A stretch of 64,000 nucleotides of DNA from Actinomycetes bacterium (GCA_021796535.1 JAKABW010000008.1:5707-69706), one strand, 5' to 3'. Shown: positions 9,734-19,989, counted from the first letter of the stretch. Notes: generated from the letters alone by a model not told the origin. Program-made: numbers and translations.

Positions 9734-10537
9734 TTACGGCTTATCGCGCAAAACATGTTCCAATGCCTCCACGGTTGCGACATCGGGAACATAGTCTTCC
9801 AGCGGCGGCAGATCAGCCACCGTGTCCAAACCGAGTCTTTCCAAGAAAAGATCCGTTGTCCCGAAAAATATTGCCTGACCGGGGCCCGTGTCTTTACCCA
9901 CTTCTTTTATTAAATCTTTTTGCAGCAGCATCCTTACCACTCTGTCCACATTGACGCCTCGGATGGAAGCGATCTGGGCCCGTGAGATGGGCTGCTTGTA
10001 GGCAATGATCGCAAGTGTTTCCAAGGCGGCCGGCGAAAGCTTCTGCGGCATATCTCTGATAATAAAACGTTCCACGTAATCACTGTATTGTGCCGAACTT
10101 TGATACCTGTATCCGCCGGCTATTCTCACCAGTTCAAAACCCCGGCCTTCCGCTTCGTAGGCTTTTTGCAAAACCTCGCAGGCCCGCTCGATCACGGCGG
10201 GCGTGGTCTCCAAAATCTCCGCCAAGAGAGATACGTGTACCGGCTCCGTGGCAACCATCACGATGGCTTCGACGGCGGCAAGGTCAACATAGCCGTATGT
10301 TTCGGGGAAATCCCCGGCGTCTCCCTCCGTCGTCTGCGTATCGCCGCTCCGAAAAACACGTGTTTCATTAACGGCGGAGATATCCGAAGTTCCTTTGATG
10401 CCGAAAGCGTCGTCTCCCAAAAGTGCTTCGGACAAATCGGATAAAAAATACCCGTCCGAAAAACCTCTCGGTCCGTTCTCGGATCGGTTTTCCTCCCGGC
10501 TGTTTCCGACTCCGAAGCGGTCTTTATCGTCTGTCAT
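9734..10537 (-). CDS. scpB: Segregation and condensation protein B
   Basis: ALETLAIIAYKQPISRAQIASIRGVNVDRVVRMLL and the winged-helix pair of ScpB. The N-terminal extension is about 85 aa. Confidence 0.9.
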   Translation of the reverse strand: MTDDKDRFGVGNSREENRSENGPRGFSDGYFLSDLSEALLGDDAFGIKGTSDISAVNETRVFRSGDTQTTEGDAGDFPETYGYVDLAAVEAIVMVATEPVHVSLLAEILETTPAVIERACEVLQKAYEAEGRGFELVRIAGGYRYQSSAQYSDYVERFIIRDMPQKLSPAALETLAIIAYKQPISRAQIASIRGVNVDRVVRMLLQKDLIKEVGKDTGPGQAIFFGTTDLFLERLGLDTVADLPPLEDYVPDVATVEALEHVLRDKP

Positions 10538-10599
10538 AGTGCTGCGTTTTCCTTTTACAAATCTTCAAATGGGCGCTCCGCCGAAAGCGTCGGGCAGAG

Positions 10600-11421
10600 T
10601 CATTTTAAATCAAATTCGCTCGCCATATCGGAGAAAATGTCCGGACTCGGGGCGTCGTTCACCAAAGTCACTTCTATCGATCCGAAAGTACTCAACTGAT
10701 CAAGCTCAACGATACCCTGCTTGTACAATTCCAGTATTCCCAAAAAACAAGCCACGACAAAAGTCTTGGATACAGACACCGCTACCAGCTCGGCAAATGT
10801 GGTTTTGCGCAACACCTGCAGTCTGGAAAGTATCAGGTCCAAAGTCTCCGCCACGCTGATATCGTCTTCCAGAATATGAAAGACGGGAAGTTCTTCGTCG
10901 TCTACTTTGGCGCTTAATCCTTTTTTGGCTGCCCTTAAAATATCCAAAGGTCTTACTCTGGCCAAAGGATCGGGCGTGCAGCCTTCAAAGCGCTCGTCCG
11001 GACCGTAAGAGCGGGGGTAATGCACGCTTGCCTGGGTTTCCAAAAATGCCAATGCATCGGCGGCGCCGGAAAACATCCGGCACTCGAGGAGCCTGGCCAA
11101 AAGATAGTCCCGCGCTTCAAAAAGAGCCAGCTCTTCTTCGATGTCAAGATCATCCTGACCGGGAAGAAGACGTCTGCACTTCAGCTCCACCAGTGTGGCC
11201 GCTATCAGCAAAAACTCTGTGGCTATCTCCAGATTTAGGTGCTCCATTTTGTCCAGCTCGGCCAAGTAAGCGTCCACAATGGCGGAAAGCGAAAGTTCGT
11301 ACAGGTCGACTTCCTGTGCATTTATCAATTGCAATAACAGATCAAAAGGGCCGTCGTAAAGATCCAGATGAACTTCATAACCCATAAAATATAATTTAGT
11401 CGTTTTTGCAATACGTGACAC
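10600..11421 (-). CDS. scpA: Segregation and condensation protein A
   Basis: YDGPFDLLLQLI followed by ATEFLLIAATLVELK. The start could instead be ATG 11385. Confidence 0.9.
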   Translation of the reverse strand: MSRIAKTTKLYFMGYEVHLDLYDGPFDLLLQLINAQEVDLYELSLSAIVDAYLAELDKMEHLNLEIATEFLLIAATLVELKCRRLLPGQDDLDIEEELALFEARDYLLARLLECRMFSGAADALAFLETQASVHYPRSYGPDERFEGCTPDPLARVRPLDILRAAKKGLSAKVDDEELPVFHILEDDISVAETLDLILSRLQVLRKTTFAELVAVSVSKTFVVACFLGILELYKQGIVELDQLSTFGSIEVTLVNDAPSPDIFSDMASEFDLK

Positions 11422-11562
11422 AGCGAAGCGAAAATGTCGTAATTTATTTCGCCGGAGAAAAGGTCCCTCTGTGTTGAAGAAAGAGTCACCATCCGCGGAT
11501 ATTTTTTACCATTTCTTCCCATGTCCGGTCTCTGTCCTCTCACCGGCAACTATTATAAGAAG

Positions 11563-12537
11563 ATGGCAAAAGTACTGTCGGCTATCCAACCTTCCGGAGA
11601 TTTACACTTGGGCAATTACCTGGGAGCCGTCCGTCAGTGGGTGGCCTCTCAGGAAGACAACGACTCTTACTTTTTTATAGTGGATCTTCACGCTCTGACT
11701 CTTGACATTTCTCCGGAGACCCTGCGTTCCAATACCATCAAAACGGCGGCTTCTCTCGTGGCAAGCGGTTTGGATCAGGCAAAATGCACTCTTTTCCTGC
11801 AAAGCCACGTCCCCCAGCATACCGCTCTGACCTGGCTCTTGGAATGCACCGCTTCCTACGGAGAACTGCTTAGGATGACCCAATTCAAGGACAAGGGGAA
11901 AGGCCAAGAATCAGTGCGTGCCGGCCTTTTGACCTATCCGGTATTGATGGCGGCCGATATTTTGTTATACAACATAGATTTTGTGCCGGTGGGAGATGAC
12001 CAGAAGCAGCATTTGGAGCTGACCCGCAACGTGGCCGGCCGATTCAACAACCGCTACGGGGATACTTTTGTCGTGCCGGAGGCAAAGGTTCCGGAAATCG
12101 GAGCCAGGATAATGGATCTGCAGAATCCCGCCAACAAAATGTCCAAATCCACGGCCACACCGCTCGGCACTATAGGCGTCATGGACGATCCGAAAGACAT
12201 CGAGAAAAAAATTAAAAAAGCCGTCACCGATTCTTCGATGCTGATATGTTACGACAGGGAAAATCACCCCGGGGTGACCAACCTGCTGGAAATTTTGAGC
12301 GCCGTTACCGGCACAAATCCGCTGAAACTGACGGAGGACTTTTCCAACTACGGAGAGTTGAAAAAGGCCGTCGCCGAAGCCGTCATAGAAGCCCTGCGCC
12401 CGATCCGCACCAAATATTACGAAATATTGGACAACGAAGACACCCTATCCGAAATATTGCGTGCCGGATCTGAAAAAGCCGAGGTAATCGCCGCCGTAAC
12501 GCTGGAAAAAGCGAGACGGGCCATGGGGCTGCTCTAG
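11563..12537 (+). CDS. trpS: Tryptophan--tRNA ligase
   Basis: MAKVLSAIQPSGDLHLGNYLGA (HIGH-type motif) and KMSKS. I prefer the internal Met at 11563 over the ORF start at 11521. Confidence 0.9.
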   Translation: MAKVLSAIQPSGDLHLGNYLGAVRQWVASQEDNDSYFFIVDLHALTLDISPETLRSNTIKTAASLVASGLDQAKCTLFLQSHVPQHTALTWLLECTASYGELLRMTQFKDKGKGQESVRAGLLTYPVLMAADILLYNIDFVPVGDDQKQHLELTRNVAGRFNNRYGDTFVVPEAKVPEIGARIMDLQNPANKMSKSTATPLGTIGVMDDPKDIEKKIKKAVTDSSMLICYDRENHPGVTNLLEILSAVTGTNPLKLTEDFSNYGELKKAVAEAVIEALRPIRTKYYEILDNEDTLSEILRAGSEKAEVIAAVTLEKARRAMGLL

Positions 12538-12541
12538 GGTT

Positions 12542-13306
12542 TCAAAACAACCCCAAAATATTTCCCCAATAGGTGAGGGCATGACTGGCTATGGAGTTCA
12601 AAAAACTCGGAAACAGCAACACTACCGCCAATACGAAAAACATGGAGTACATTCTGAGGCGGTAATAGCCCGGCAACAGTTCTTTGGGAAGAATTCTCTC
12701 CAAAATTACCGATCCGTCCAGCGGAGGAATCGGCAATAAGTTAAAACAGGCCAGCAAAACGTTGAGTTCGCCGAATAAAAACAGAACCAGCTCCAATATC
12801 GGCCACTGTCCGAAGGGCGTATAGACCAATTGCCCCAGATTGGCTGTCTCTTTAAAAATAAATCCCGCCAACAGAGCCAATATGATATTGGTGGCGGGTC
12901 CGGCAAGTCCCACCAACAGGGCCTGGTTCCTGGGAGATCTCAGCTTGTCAATCCTGACCGGAACGGGTTTTGCCCAACCAAAAGGGACTCCCACGGTAAG
13001 GATCATGATGATGGGCAAAATAACGGAGCCAAAAATATCTATGTGTCGAATCGGGTTTAAGGTAAGTCTTCCGGCGCGCTTTGCCGTATCGTCTCCGCAC
13101 AGATAAGCGACAAAACCGTGCGAAACTTCGTGAAAAACTATCGCTACGATCAGACCGAGAAAATAAATTACATCGAGTTTATTCAGGGAGTGATGTTTTA
13201 CTATCTCGTATAAGACAGCGGCGGCCACCGCCGCAATAATGAGAGTCGAAGGGCCCCGACTGTGGAATTTGTTACGCCAGGATGCGGCGTTGTCCCGAAA
13301 AGTCAC
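12542..13306 (-). CDS. Site-2 protease family (peptidase M50) membrane metalloprotease
   Basis: HEVSHG (HExxH), NPIRHID and multiple hydrophobic spans. Confidence 0.8.
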   Translation of the reverse strand: MTFRDNAASWRNKFHSRGPSTLIIAAVAAAVLYEIVKHHSLNKLDVIYFLGLIVAIVFHEVSHGFVAYLCGDDTAKRAGRLTLNPIRHIDIFGSVILPIIMILTVGVPFGWAKPVPVRIDKLRSPRNQALLVGLAGPATNIILALLAGFIFKETANLGQLVYTPFGQWPILELVLFLFGELNVLLACFNLLPIPPLDGSVILERILPKELLPGYYRLRMYSMFFVLAVVLLFPSFLNSIASHALTYWGNILGLF

Positions 13307-13318
13307 TAAATCGTTTGC

Positions 13319-13684
13319 CTATCGTTTTTTTTGCCCGGATGCACAGTCTATACAGTACTTCACTGTGGGTATGGCTTCAAGGCGGGGCTGGGCAATTTGG
13401 CGTCCACAGGCCTGGCAAAGCCCATAAGTGCCGTTCTCCAATCGCAAAAGCGCCTCGTTGACATCGGTAAGAGCGGTTTTCAGTTCCGTCACCAGAGCCT
13501 CTGTTTCGCTTTTCTCTGCGGTTACCTGACTTGAGTCGGCAAAGTTGGAATCGTAATCCAAACGGCTGCCGCCTGTTTCCCCGTACCCGATTTCTGTCAG
13601 CTGTCCCGTCAATGACGACTTTTCCCGTTCCAGCAATTCTCTGTAACCGAATTGAGGATCTTTATCCGAACTCATTTCATCCAT
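13319..13684 (-). CDS. DksA/TraR family C4-type zinc-finger protein
   Basis: The C-terminus reads CQACGRQI...YCIDC (CxxC-x17-CxxC) after a coiled-coil region. Confidence 0.75.
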   Translation of the reverse strand: MDEMSSDKDPQFGYRELLEREKSSLTGQLTEIGYGETGGSRLDYDSNFADSSQVTAEKSETEALVTELKTALTDVNEALLRLENGTYGLCQACGRQIAQPRLEAIPTVKYCIDCASGQKKR

Positions 13685-13753
13685 ATTAGTTTACTTCTGA
13701 TAAAAAGAGACAGATATTGGAAATTACGTTGTCACAACCCAACCGTAACGCTG

Positions 13754-15331
13754 TCAGCCTTCTCTGTCAAAGGGCGGGGGGCCGAACCGGGAGGCATCAC
13801 CTTCCTGTGGCTGGTCCCTAAATGTCGGATTTTGCCATCTGGCATCAAAGGGCGGGACGGGCTGGCGGGACGCATCCGTTCCCGAAACGTTTTGCGTTGC
13901 CGGAAAGCTGACAAAAATACCGTTTCCCCTGTTGGAGTAGTATCCGGAGGAGGCCAAGTCGGAAGACAAAAAGACAGCCAGTATAATCAGACAGATGAAA
14001 AAACCGTAAAAAACCGGGGTAAAACCGTCGGTAACGACTATCCCGTGCGACTGGGCCGCCGCCCTGGATATGCCCGTCGCCGAATATGGATTGTCCTGCT
14101 GGATGTAAGCAGAAACCACCTGTCCCAGCATTACCAGGATGCCTCCGGCAAAGAGCAGGTAAGCCGACTTGGTTTTTCTTATCACCATCGCATACAGAGC
14201 CGAGAGCAAAAACACCGCGGCGGTGGCCACCGCTCCGGCTATCAGCGGAGCCGGCAATTGTAAAGCGTCTCCTGCGGTATAAGTATGGGCGACCGGCGCG
14301 CCGGAAAGCACCGAGGTATAAGTGTAAGTGTCCCAGGAGGGAATGTAGAGTATGGCCGTCGCCAAAGACAGGGCCAACACCGTCGCCACTCCCAATTTAC
14401 CTATATGCAGTTTGTTTTCCCCGGCCTTTTCGCCTGCACCCACGGCGAAGTAGGAAATGACGGCGCCTCCCGTACACAAGACCCAGCCGGCCGCCGATAA
14501 CGCCAGACCCGGACCTATATAGCTTGCGTTGATGCCCGACGCTATGTCTCCCATAAAAAGTCCGAAGGAGACAAGGGACACGCCGAAAGCCAACTTGGCT
14601 CCGAATGCCGTCAGGTTGGTGCCGGCCATGATCAAAGCCGCCGAAAGCCCCCAAGCGGCCAGATAGAAAATATGGGGGGCCAGCTGGCTACCGGAACTAG
14701 CCAAACTTTGTGTTCCGGCCGCTCCTCCCGACAGGTATTTCGGAAAAATCCCCGCTACGCCGATTATAAGACCGACAACCATTACGGCGGCTCCGCCGAA
14801 TTGCCAAAGAGCCAAACCGGATTTACCCGAGACCCGACCCGTCGGATCGGAGACATTCGTCGAAACGTTTTGTCCGATGGCGACGGGATCGGGCGTTCTC
14901 CCCGCAGCCGGAATTGCATTTGGATCTCCGGCGGCGGTCAAGACATGGGGATTCCCCTCCGAATAAAACGGAGTTGATCCGCTTTTTTCCCTTGGGAAAT
15001 TGCCGACTTGATCCGGCGCAAGATATTTTGTCTCCGGCAACCCCATCGGGGGCGTGACGACAGTCGGGGTCGGAATGTCGGAGATTTGCGGATAGACCGC
15101 ACCGAGATGTGCAGGCAGCATTTCTGTGCCGAAAGCCGCAAAACCGAGAGCGGCTTCCAGACGTTCGAATTGTTCGCAAGCCTGTTTCCATCCGGCTGAT
15201 GTAGGCGGATAATTGTATTCGGGAATACCGTTCACATCTCCGATTCTCCAAACACCGCAAAAGTAAGAAGTCCAGCCGAGGACGTAGTTTGTACCGGTTT
15301 TTGTTACGGCAATCTGCCCGTCAGTATTCAT
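13754..15331 (-). CDS. Hypothetical polytopic membrane protein (525 aa) with a soluble N-terminal domain and a Pro-rich linker
   Basis: A long ORF with many codon-aligned antisense ORFs, which marks real genes in this genome. About 60 aa of soluble N-terminus and a Pro-rich stretch are followed by roughly 10 hydrophobic spans. I recognise no family motif. Confidence 0.6.
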   Translation of the reverse strand: MNTDGQIAVTKTGTNYVLGWTSYFCGVWRIGDVNGIPEYNYPPTSAGWKQACEQFERLEAALGFAAFGTEMLPAHLGAVYPQISDIPTPTVVTPPMGLPETKYLAPDQVGNFPREKSGSTPFYSEGNPHVLTAAGDPNAIPAAGRTPDPVAIGQNVSTNVSDPTGRVSGKSGLALWQFGGAAVMVVGLIIGVAGIFPKYLSGGAAGTQSLASSGSQLAPHIFYLAAWGLSAALIMAGTNLTAFGAKLAFGVSLVSFGLFMGDIASGINASYIGPGLALSAAGWVLCTGGAVISYFAVGAGEKAGENKLHIGKLGVATVLALSLATAILYIPSWDTYTYTSVLSGAPVAHTYTAGDALQLPAPLIAGAVATAAVFLLSALYAMVIRKTKSAYLLFAGGILVMLGQVVSAYIQQDNPYSATGISRAAAQSHGIVVTDGFTPVFYGFFICLIILAVFLSSDLASSGYYSNRGNGIFVSFPATQNVSGTDASRQPVPPFDARWQNPTFRDQPQEGDASRFGPPPFDREG

Positions 15332-15418
15332 CTCTTCCTCCTTGTAATCTCCATTGTGACACTTTGGTCTGAGAATATCCTGTGGAATGGCTGAGATATT
15401 TTAATTATCGCAAAAATG

Positions 15419-15922
15419 CTAGTGAGACGGGTTGTGAAGCCTTATATCGGCGCATTCCTCACAGTAATCGGGGTTCACAAAACCTAGCTTCATCAAAGCC
15501 GCAAACAGGCGACAACCGACACAAAAAGCCAGTACCGCTTCCAGGGAGGCAAATAATGCCAGAGCAGCCGTCAAAATGAGAGCTGCTTCAGAGAAGCCGA
15601 ATCCGGACAGTATCAAAGCTGCGGACGTAAATACCGCTCCGATCCCCTGAGCAAAACGCTTAGGTTTGCCGGGAACGATACGGGAAAAACGCTTCAAACG
15701 GGGGGCCACGATTTTTGTGGCGAATCTGCCCAAAGGACTCAGTTTGGGGCCGGAAGCTACCCTGGCCAAAAAGCCGTAACAGAGAAGACCCAGCAAAAGA
15801 CGGTTGCCTGTGACACAGAATCCGACGGCCATGACCGTCACACCGCCGGCGACGGTTCTGGCGGCAACTTCGTTTACCGTTTCGGGAAAACCGAAAAAAC
15901 TGCCCGGTTTGAGTTTGCCCAT
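15419..15922 (-). CDS. DUF4395 domain membrane protein
   Basis: The C-terminal CVGCRLF...DYCEEC pattern and hydrophobic spans are typical of DUF4395. I chose the start at ATG 15922 because a GGAGG lies 5 nt upstream. Confidence 0.6.
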   Translation of the reverse strand: MGKLKPGSFFGFPETVNEVAARTVAGGVTVMAVGFCVTGNRLLLGLLCYGFLARVASGPKLSPLGRFATKIVAPRLKRFSRIVPGKPKRFAQGIGAVFTSAALILSGFGFSEAALILTAALALFASLEAVLAFCVGCRLFAALMKLGFVNPDYCEECADIRLHNPSH

Positions 15923-16037
15923 TGAAGCCTCCAAAGTAAATATGACTAAACCAGTCATATTTAATAGTAGCAACTTTTTCCCACTTCCGCACATTTTTAC
16001 CGGTTTCGGGAAAATGGCCGGCAAAACCGTCGAAACC

Positions 16038-16568
16038 TTAACGGATGCCGGTCAGGTCAATCTGAAATCTGAGATGCTTTTTCCCCTCCCCGTCAACGGA
16101 GTATCCCAGAAAAAATCCGTTATTCTTTTCAATAACTTTCCTGGATGGAATATTTTTTTCTTCGCAAACAAGAATCAGCTTTTCGTACCCCATTGAGCGT
16201 GCGAGCGGTAACGCCGCTTTGAGCATTTCCGAAGCCACTCCCCGACCTCTCTCGGACTTGCGCACGTCATAGCCGACATGCCCTCCGTAGGATGCCAAAT
16301 AAGGCGTCAGGTAAAGCCTGAGAGAGATGCGTCCCAGATACCTGCTGCCTTCAACCCACCACCACACCACGGACGGAGGAGGGTCGCTTTTTATGGCAGA
16401 CCGGTTATTCACTTTGCCGCATATATCTTTGACGTATCTGTCGAACGTCGGAGGATCGGCCAACGCGAAAATAGGAGGCCCCGCGTCCAAACCCTCTTCT
16501 TTGTATTCGGCCAAGGCAGACAGGTAAGATGTTTGATATCTGATATTGGGTTTAGCCAAATAAGGCAT
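16038..16568 (-). CDS. GNAT family N-acetyltransferase
   Basis: RGRGVASEMLKAAL (the Q/RxxGxG/A acetyl-CoA site) and the length and pattern of a GNAT. Confidence 0.7.
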   Translation of the reverse strand: MPYLAKPNIRYQTSYLSALAEYKEEGLDAGPPIFALADPPTFDRYVKDICGKVNNRSAIKSDPPPSVVWWWVEGSRYLGRISLRLYLTPYLASYGGHVGYDVRKSERGRGVASEMLKAALPLARSMGYEKLILVCEEKNIPSRKVIEKNNGFFLGYSVDGEGKKHLRFQIDLTGIR

Positions 16569-16644
16569 GACCCAATTTACATCGGACGATACGTCACATG
16601 ACGATATTGCCGGAACTTTCCCAGAAGCCGCTTTATGCTTTTTT

Positions 16645-16683
16645 TTGATAACGTTGACGTTGACGTTAACTATTCTCTATACT
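16645..16683 (+). promoter_or_regulatory. Candidate promoter/operator for the MFS gene, with a triple ACGT-core repeat between the -35-like and -10-like hexamers
   Basis: TTGATA (16645-16650), then the 20-nt spacer ACGTTGACGTTGACGTTAAC, then TATTCT (16671-16676). TATACT lies at 16678-16683. An alternative -35, TTGACG, occurs at 16654 and 16660. Confidence 0.35.
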
Positions 16684-16763
16684 GATTCATATCGACGGCT
16701 TATCAATTTTTGCTGTTATGACAGTTTTTTTCGCAACCCCTCGGGAAAATTAAGGAGATACTT

Positions 16764-18542
16764 ATGAACATAAGGCCCCATTCGGATAACTACAAATGGT
16801 TCGTACTGTTTTTTGCGACCCTGGGAACCCTGATGGCCACCATCAACTCCGGCATCATTCTCATCGCGCTTCCCAACATATTCAAAGGGATATCGTTGAA
16901 CCCCCTGACACCGAGCAACTCCAGCTATCTCCTCTGGATGCTGATGGGTTTTTTGATGGCCACCGCCGTTCTTTTGGTGAGCCTGGGCCGGCTCGGAGAC
17001 CTTTACGGCCGGGCAAAAATGTTCTCCACCGGATTCACTATTTTTACCGTATTCTCTATTCTGCTTTCCCTCACCTGGATGCACGGGCCGTCCGCCGCGA
17101 TGTATCTCATAGTAATGAGAATCGGACAGGGCGTGGGAGGAGCCTTTCTGTTTGCCAACTCCGGTGCTCTCATCACGGATGCTTTTTCGTCCAACCAACG
17201 CGGTCTTGCCCTCGGCATCAACAGCGTGGCTGCAGTGGGAGGATCTTTTATAGGACTTGTCCTGGGTGGTTTGCTGGCTCCCGTCGAGTGGCGGCTGATC
17301 TTTTTGGTCTCCGTGCCTTTCGGACTGATCGGCACCACGGGTGGCTTTTTGGTTCTGAAGGACACCAGGGAAAAGGTACGCGTCAAGATAGACTGGCTCG
17401 GCAACATCACCTTTGCCGTCGGATTGGTTCTCGTCCTCATCGGCATCACCTACGGCATAGAACCTTACGGCGGATCCACCATGGGTTGGACTAGTCCTGT
17501 CGTAATGGCAGAAATTATCTCCGGTGTTCTCTTACTGGCTATTTTCACCGTCATCGAATTGAAATCGGACCATCCCATGCTCCAACTTTCGCTTTTCCGC
17601 ATCAGATCCTTTGCCGCCGGCAACTTTGCCACCTTGTTGTCGGCGCTTGCCAGAGGAGGTCTGATGTTCATACTCATCATCTGGCTCCAGGGCATCTGGC
17701 TGCCTTTGCACGGCTACAGCTTTGCCAGGACTCCCCTGATGGCCGGCATTTACATGCTGCCTTTGACACTTGGTTTTTTGATTGCCGGGCCGCTCTCCGG
17801 CATCGCCTCAGACAGACACGGCGCCAGACCTTTTGCCGTGGCCGGTATGCTCGTCACCGCCCTCAGTTTCGGCTTCCTTGACATATTGCCAGTCAATTTT
17901 TCCTACATATTTTTTGCCCTGACCCTGTTGCTGATGGGCATCGGTTTCGGAATGTTTGCCTCCCCCAACCAAGCCGGCATCATGAACAGCCTTCCCCCCG
18001 ATCAAAGAGGGGCGGGGGCCGGAACCGTCAACACGTTCCAGAATTCGGCCATGGTGTTTTCCATAGGAATATTTTTCACCCTGATTATCCTCGGGTTGGC
18101 TTCCTCTCTGCCGCACGCGCTGCAAAGCGGGCTGATCGCGCAAGGCATAAGCAACAGCGTGGCCCACAAAGCTTCTTCCCTCCCCCCCGTGGGGAGTCTT
18201 TTCGCCGCATTTCTTGGCATCAATCCGGTTCATGCCATACTCGGCCCGGCCGTCAACACAGCCCGACATCCGGGCTATCTGACGGGAAGATCTTTTTTCC
18301 CGGGTCTCATCGCCAAGCCGTTTTCCCAAGGTTTGCATGAAGCTTTCGGCTTCGGCATCATCGCCGCTCTGGTATCGGCCGTGGCTTCGATGCTGCGCGG
18401 TGGACGCTACGTGCACGGCGAAACACACCACAAAGCCCCGGTCAGGCAGGAACTGAGCGAACCGGTCAAGACCTCTTCCCCGCATGCCGCGGAGAGCGGT
18501 CTGCAAAGGGATCTCGGGTTGGAAGCAGAGGTCAGTCGGTAA
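16764..18542 (+). CDS. MFS transporter (DHA2-like, about 14 TMS)
   Basis: LGRLGDLYGR, a MFS motif-A-like sequence, and about 14 hydrophobic spans over 592 aa. Confidence 0.8.
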   Translation: MNIRPHSDNYKWFVLFFATLGTLMATINSGIILIALPNIFKGISLNPLTPSNSSYLLWMLMGFLMATAVLLVSLGRLGDLYGRAKMFSTGFTIFTVFSILLSLTWMHGPSAAMYLIVMRIGQGVGGAFLFANSGALITDAFSSNQRGLALGINSVAAVGGSFIGLVLGGLLAPVEWRLIFLVSVPFGLIGTTGGFLVLKDTREKVRVKIDWLGNITFAVGLVLVLIGITYGIEPYGGSTMGWTSPVVMAEIISGVLLLAIFTVIELKSDHPMLQLSLFRIRSFAAGNFATLLSALARGGLMFILIIWLQGIWLPLHGYSFARTPLMAGIYMLPLTLGFLIAGPLSGIASDRHGARPFAVAGMLVTALSFGFLDILPVNFSYIFFALTLLLMGIGFGMFASPNQAGIMNSLPPDQRGAGAGTVNTFQNSAMVFSIGIFFTLIILGLASSLPHALQSGLIAQGISNSVAHKASSLPPVGSLFAAFLGINPVHAILGPAVNTARHPGYLTGRSFFPGLIAKPFSQGLHEAFGFGIIAALVSAVASMLRGGRYVHGETHHKAPVRQELSEPVKTSSPHAAESGLQRDLGLEAEVSR

Positions 18543-18611
18543 CGCATTCCGAGGATACCTCCCCCGACTGATGCAACTATAATTTATTCACTAAAAAAGG
18601 TAAACATCATC

Positions 18612-19106
18612 ATGATAAAGACAGCCTCCGATCCGCAAGAAAAGACACTCTCCGAAGAAAACTTTTCCCCCAAAGCCGATACCGGTTTGGTAAAAATAGG
18701 GGAAGCGGCCGCAATGGCCAACGTATCGGAACGCACTCTCAGATATTACGAAGAAATAAAACTCATCAAACCCACTGCCTATACCGCCGGCGGATGCCGT
18801 CAATACAACACCAAAACCATAGAACGCACCATCCGGATACGCGAATTGCAGGAATTGACTTCTTTTAACTTGGAAGACATAAAATCTGTCTTGGACAAAG
18901 AAGAGTCCATTGAAGTATTGAGAGAGGCTTGGAAAACCACCGACAGTCCGGAAGAAAAAAGACGGATACTCATTGAAGCCGGGGATTCTTTAAGCCATCT
19001 GAGCAACCTCCTGGATATCAAAATAAAGCGTCTTACCGATTTTCAAGCAGAAATTGTCCAAAAGGAAAGTCTCATCAAAGATCTTCTCACCAAAGGCGAC
19101 TTCTAG
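18612..19106 (+). CDS. MerR family transcriptional regulator
   Basis: HTH IGEAAAMANVSERTLRYYEEIKLIKP, followed by a coiled-coil. Confidence 0.8.
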   Translation: MIKTASDPQEKTLSEENFSPKADTGLVKIGEAAAMANVSERTLRYYEEIKLIKPTAYTAGGCRQYNTKTIERTIRIRELQELTSFNLEDIKSVLDKEESIEVLREAWKTTDSPEEKRRILIEAGDSLSHLSNLLDIKIKRLTDFQAEIVQKESLIKDLLTKGDF

Positions 19107-19284
19107 AAAACCCGTTCCCCAAAACAGGGATGGACATCCGGCAAAAATCTCATACCCGACTCCCCACATGACAAAATTGCCTAAAGAGTATTTTTTTAGT
19201 AAATAAATTATTAACTTTTGTAAAATATTTTATTTTGTGCAATTTTTTTCCGAATACCCGCTATTCTGAAAGTGAGGTACTCCC

Positions 19285-19989
19285 ATGGATGAAACAGACG
19301 ACAAAACAATTCAAGCCGGCGAATATCGGGTTTCCCCGCTCCAGTACCCCACGAGGCGGGAACGGAAAAAGCTGGCCACACGCAACGCATTGCAGCAGGC
19401 CGCCCTGGAGCTTATCACGCGAAAAGGACTGCACAACGTCACCATAGAAGACATAGCCGAAGCCGCTGACGTCTCCAACCGTACTTTTTTCAATTACTTC
19501 CCCACCAAAGAAGAGGTTCTTTGCGCGAATGTCTATGATCTTGGAAATGAAATAGCGGGCTACATAGCATCTTCAACGGAGCGGGTTGACCCGCCTATTT
19601 TGTTAAAAAATGCCATCCTGGGAACCATCCGGGAAACCCTGAGTTCGGACTCCGGCATAGACAAGCGTCAGTTGCTGAAGTCTAAAATGAAAATTATTTA
19701 CAACGAACCGCAGCTCTTTATGGCCTTTGCCGCGGCAATGGTGAAGACGGAAAAAAGAATTTTTTTCTCCATGCAGGAAAGATTCACAAAGGACAACCCG
19801 GAAACGACACTTGATACCGATACCGCTATTTATCTGGCATCCGTTGTGACGGGCATTTTTGCGGTAACGCGCGCCATGATGATGCTTTGGGTAACGCGAC
19901 CCGATGCGCCGCCGATCGAAGAAATGATCGTGCGCGCCATAGCTCAATTGGAAAACGGGTTTTTGTCCGACAAAACATTCAATCAATAA
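19285..19989 (+). CDS. TetR/AcrR family transcriptional regulator
   Basis: TIEDIAEAADVSNRTFFNYFPTKEE, a TetR N-terminal HTH. Confidence 0.85.
   Translation: MDETDDKTIQAGEYRVSPLQYPTRRERKKLATRNALQQAALELITRKGLHNVTIEDIAEAADVSNRTFFNYFPTKEEVLCANVYDLGNEIAGYIASSTERVDPPILLKNAILGTIRETLSSDSGIDKRQLLKSKMKIIYNEPQLFMAFAAAMVKTEKRIFFSMQERFTKDNPETTLDTDTAIYLASVVTGIFAVTRAMMMLWVTRPDAPPIEEMIVRAIAQLENGFLSDKTFNQ

Noticed and set aside
11422-11562. A search for a T-box leader upstream of trpS.
   Set aside because: The region is only about 140 bp, and I find no T-box consensus (AGGGTGGTACCGCG-like) and no terminator/antiterminator pair.
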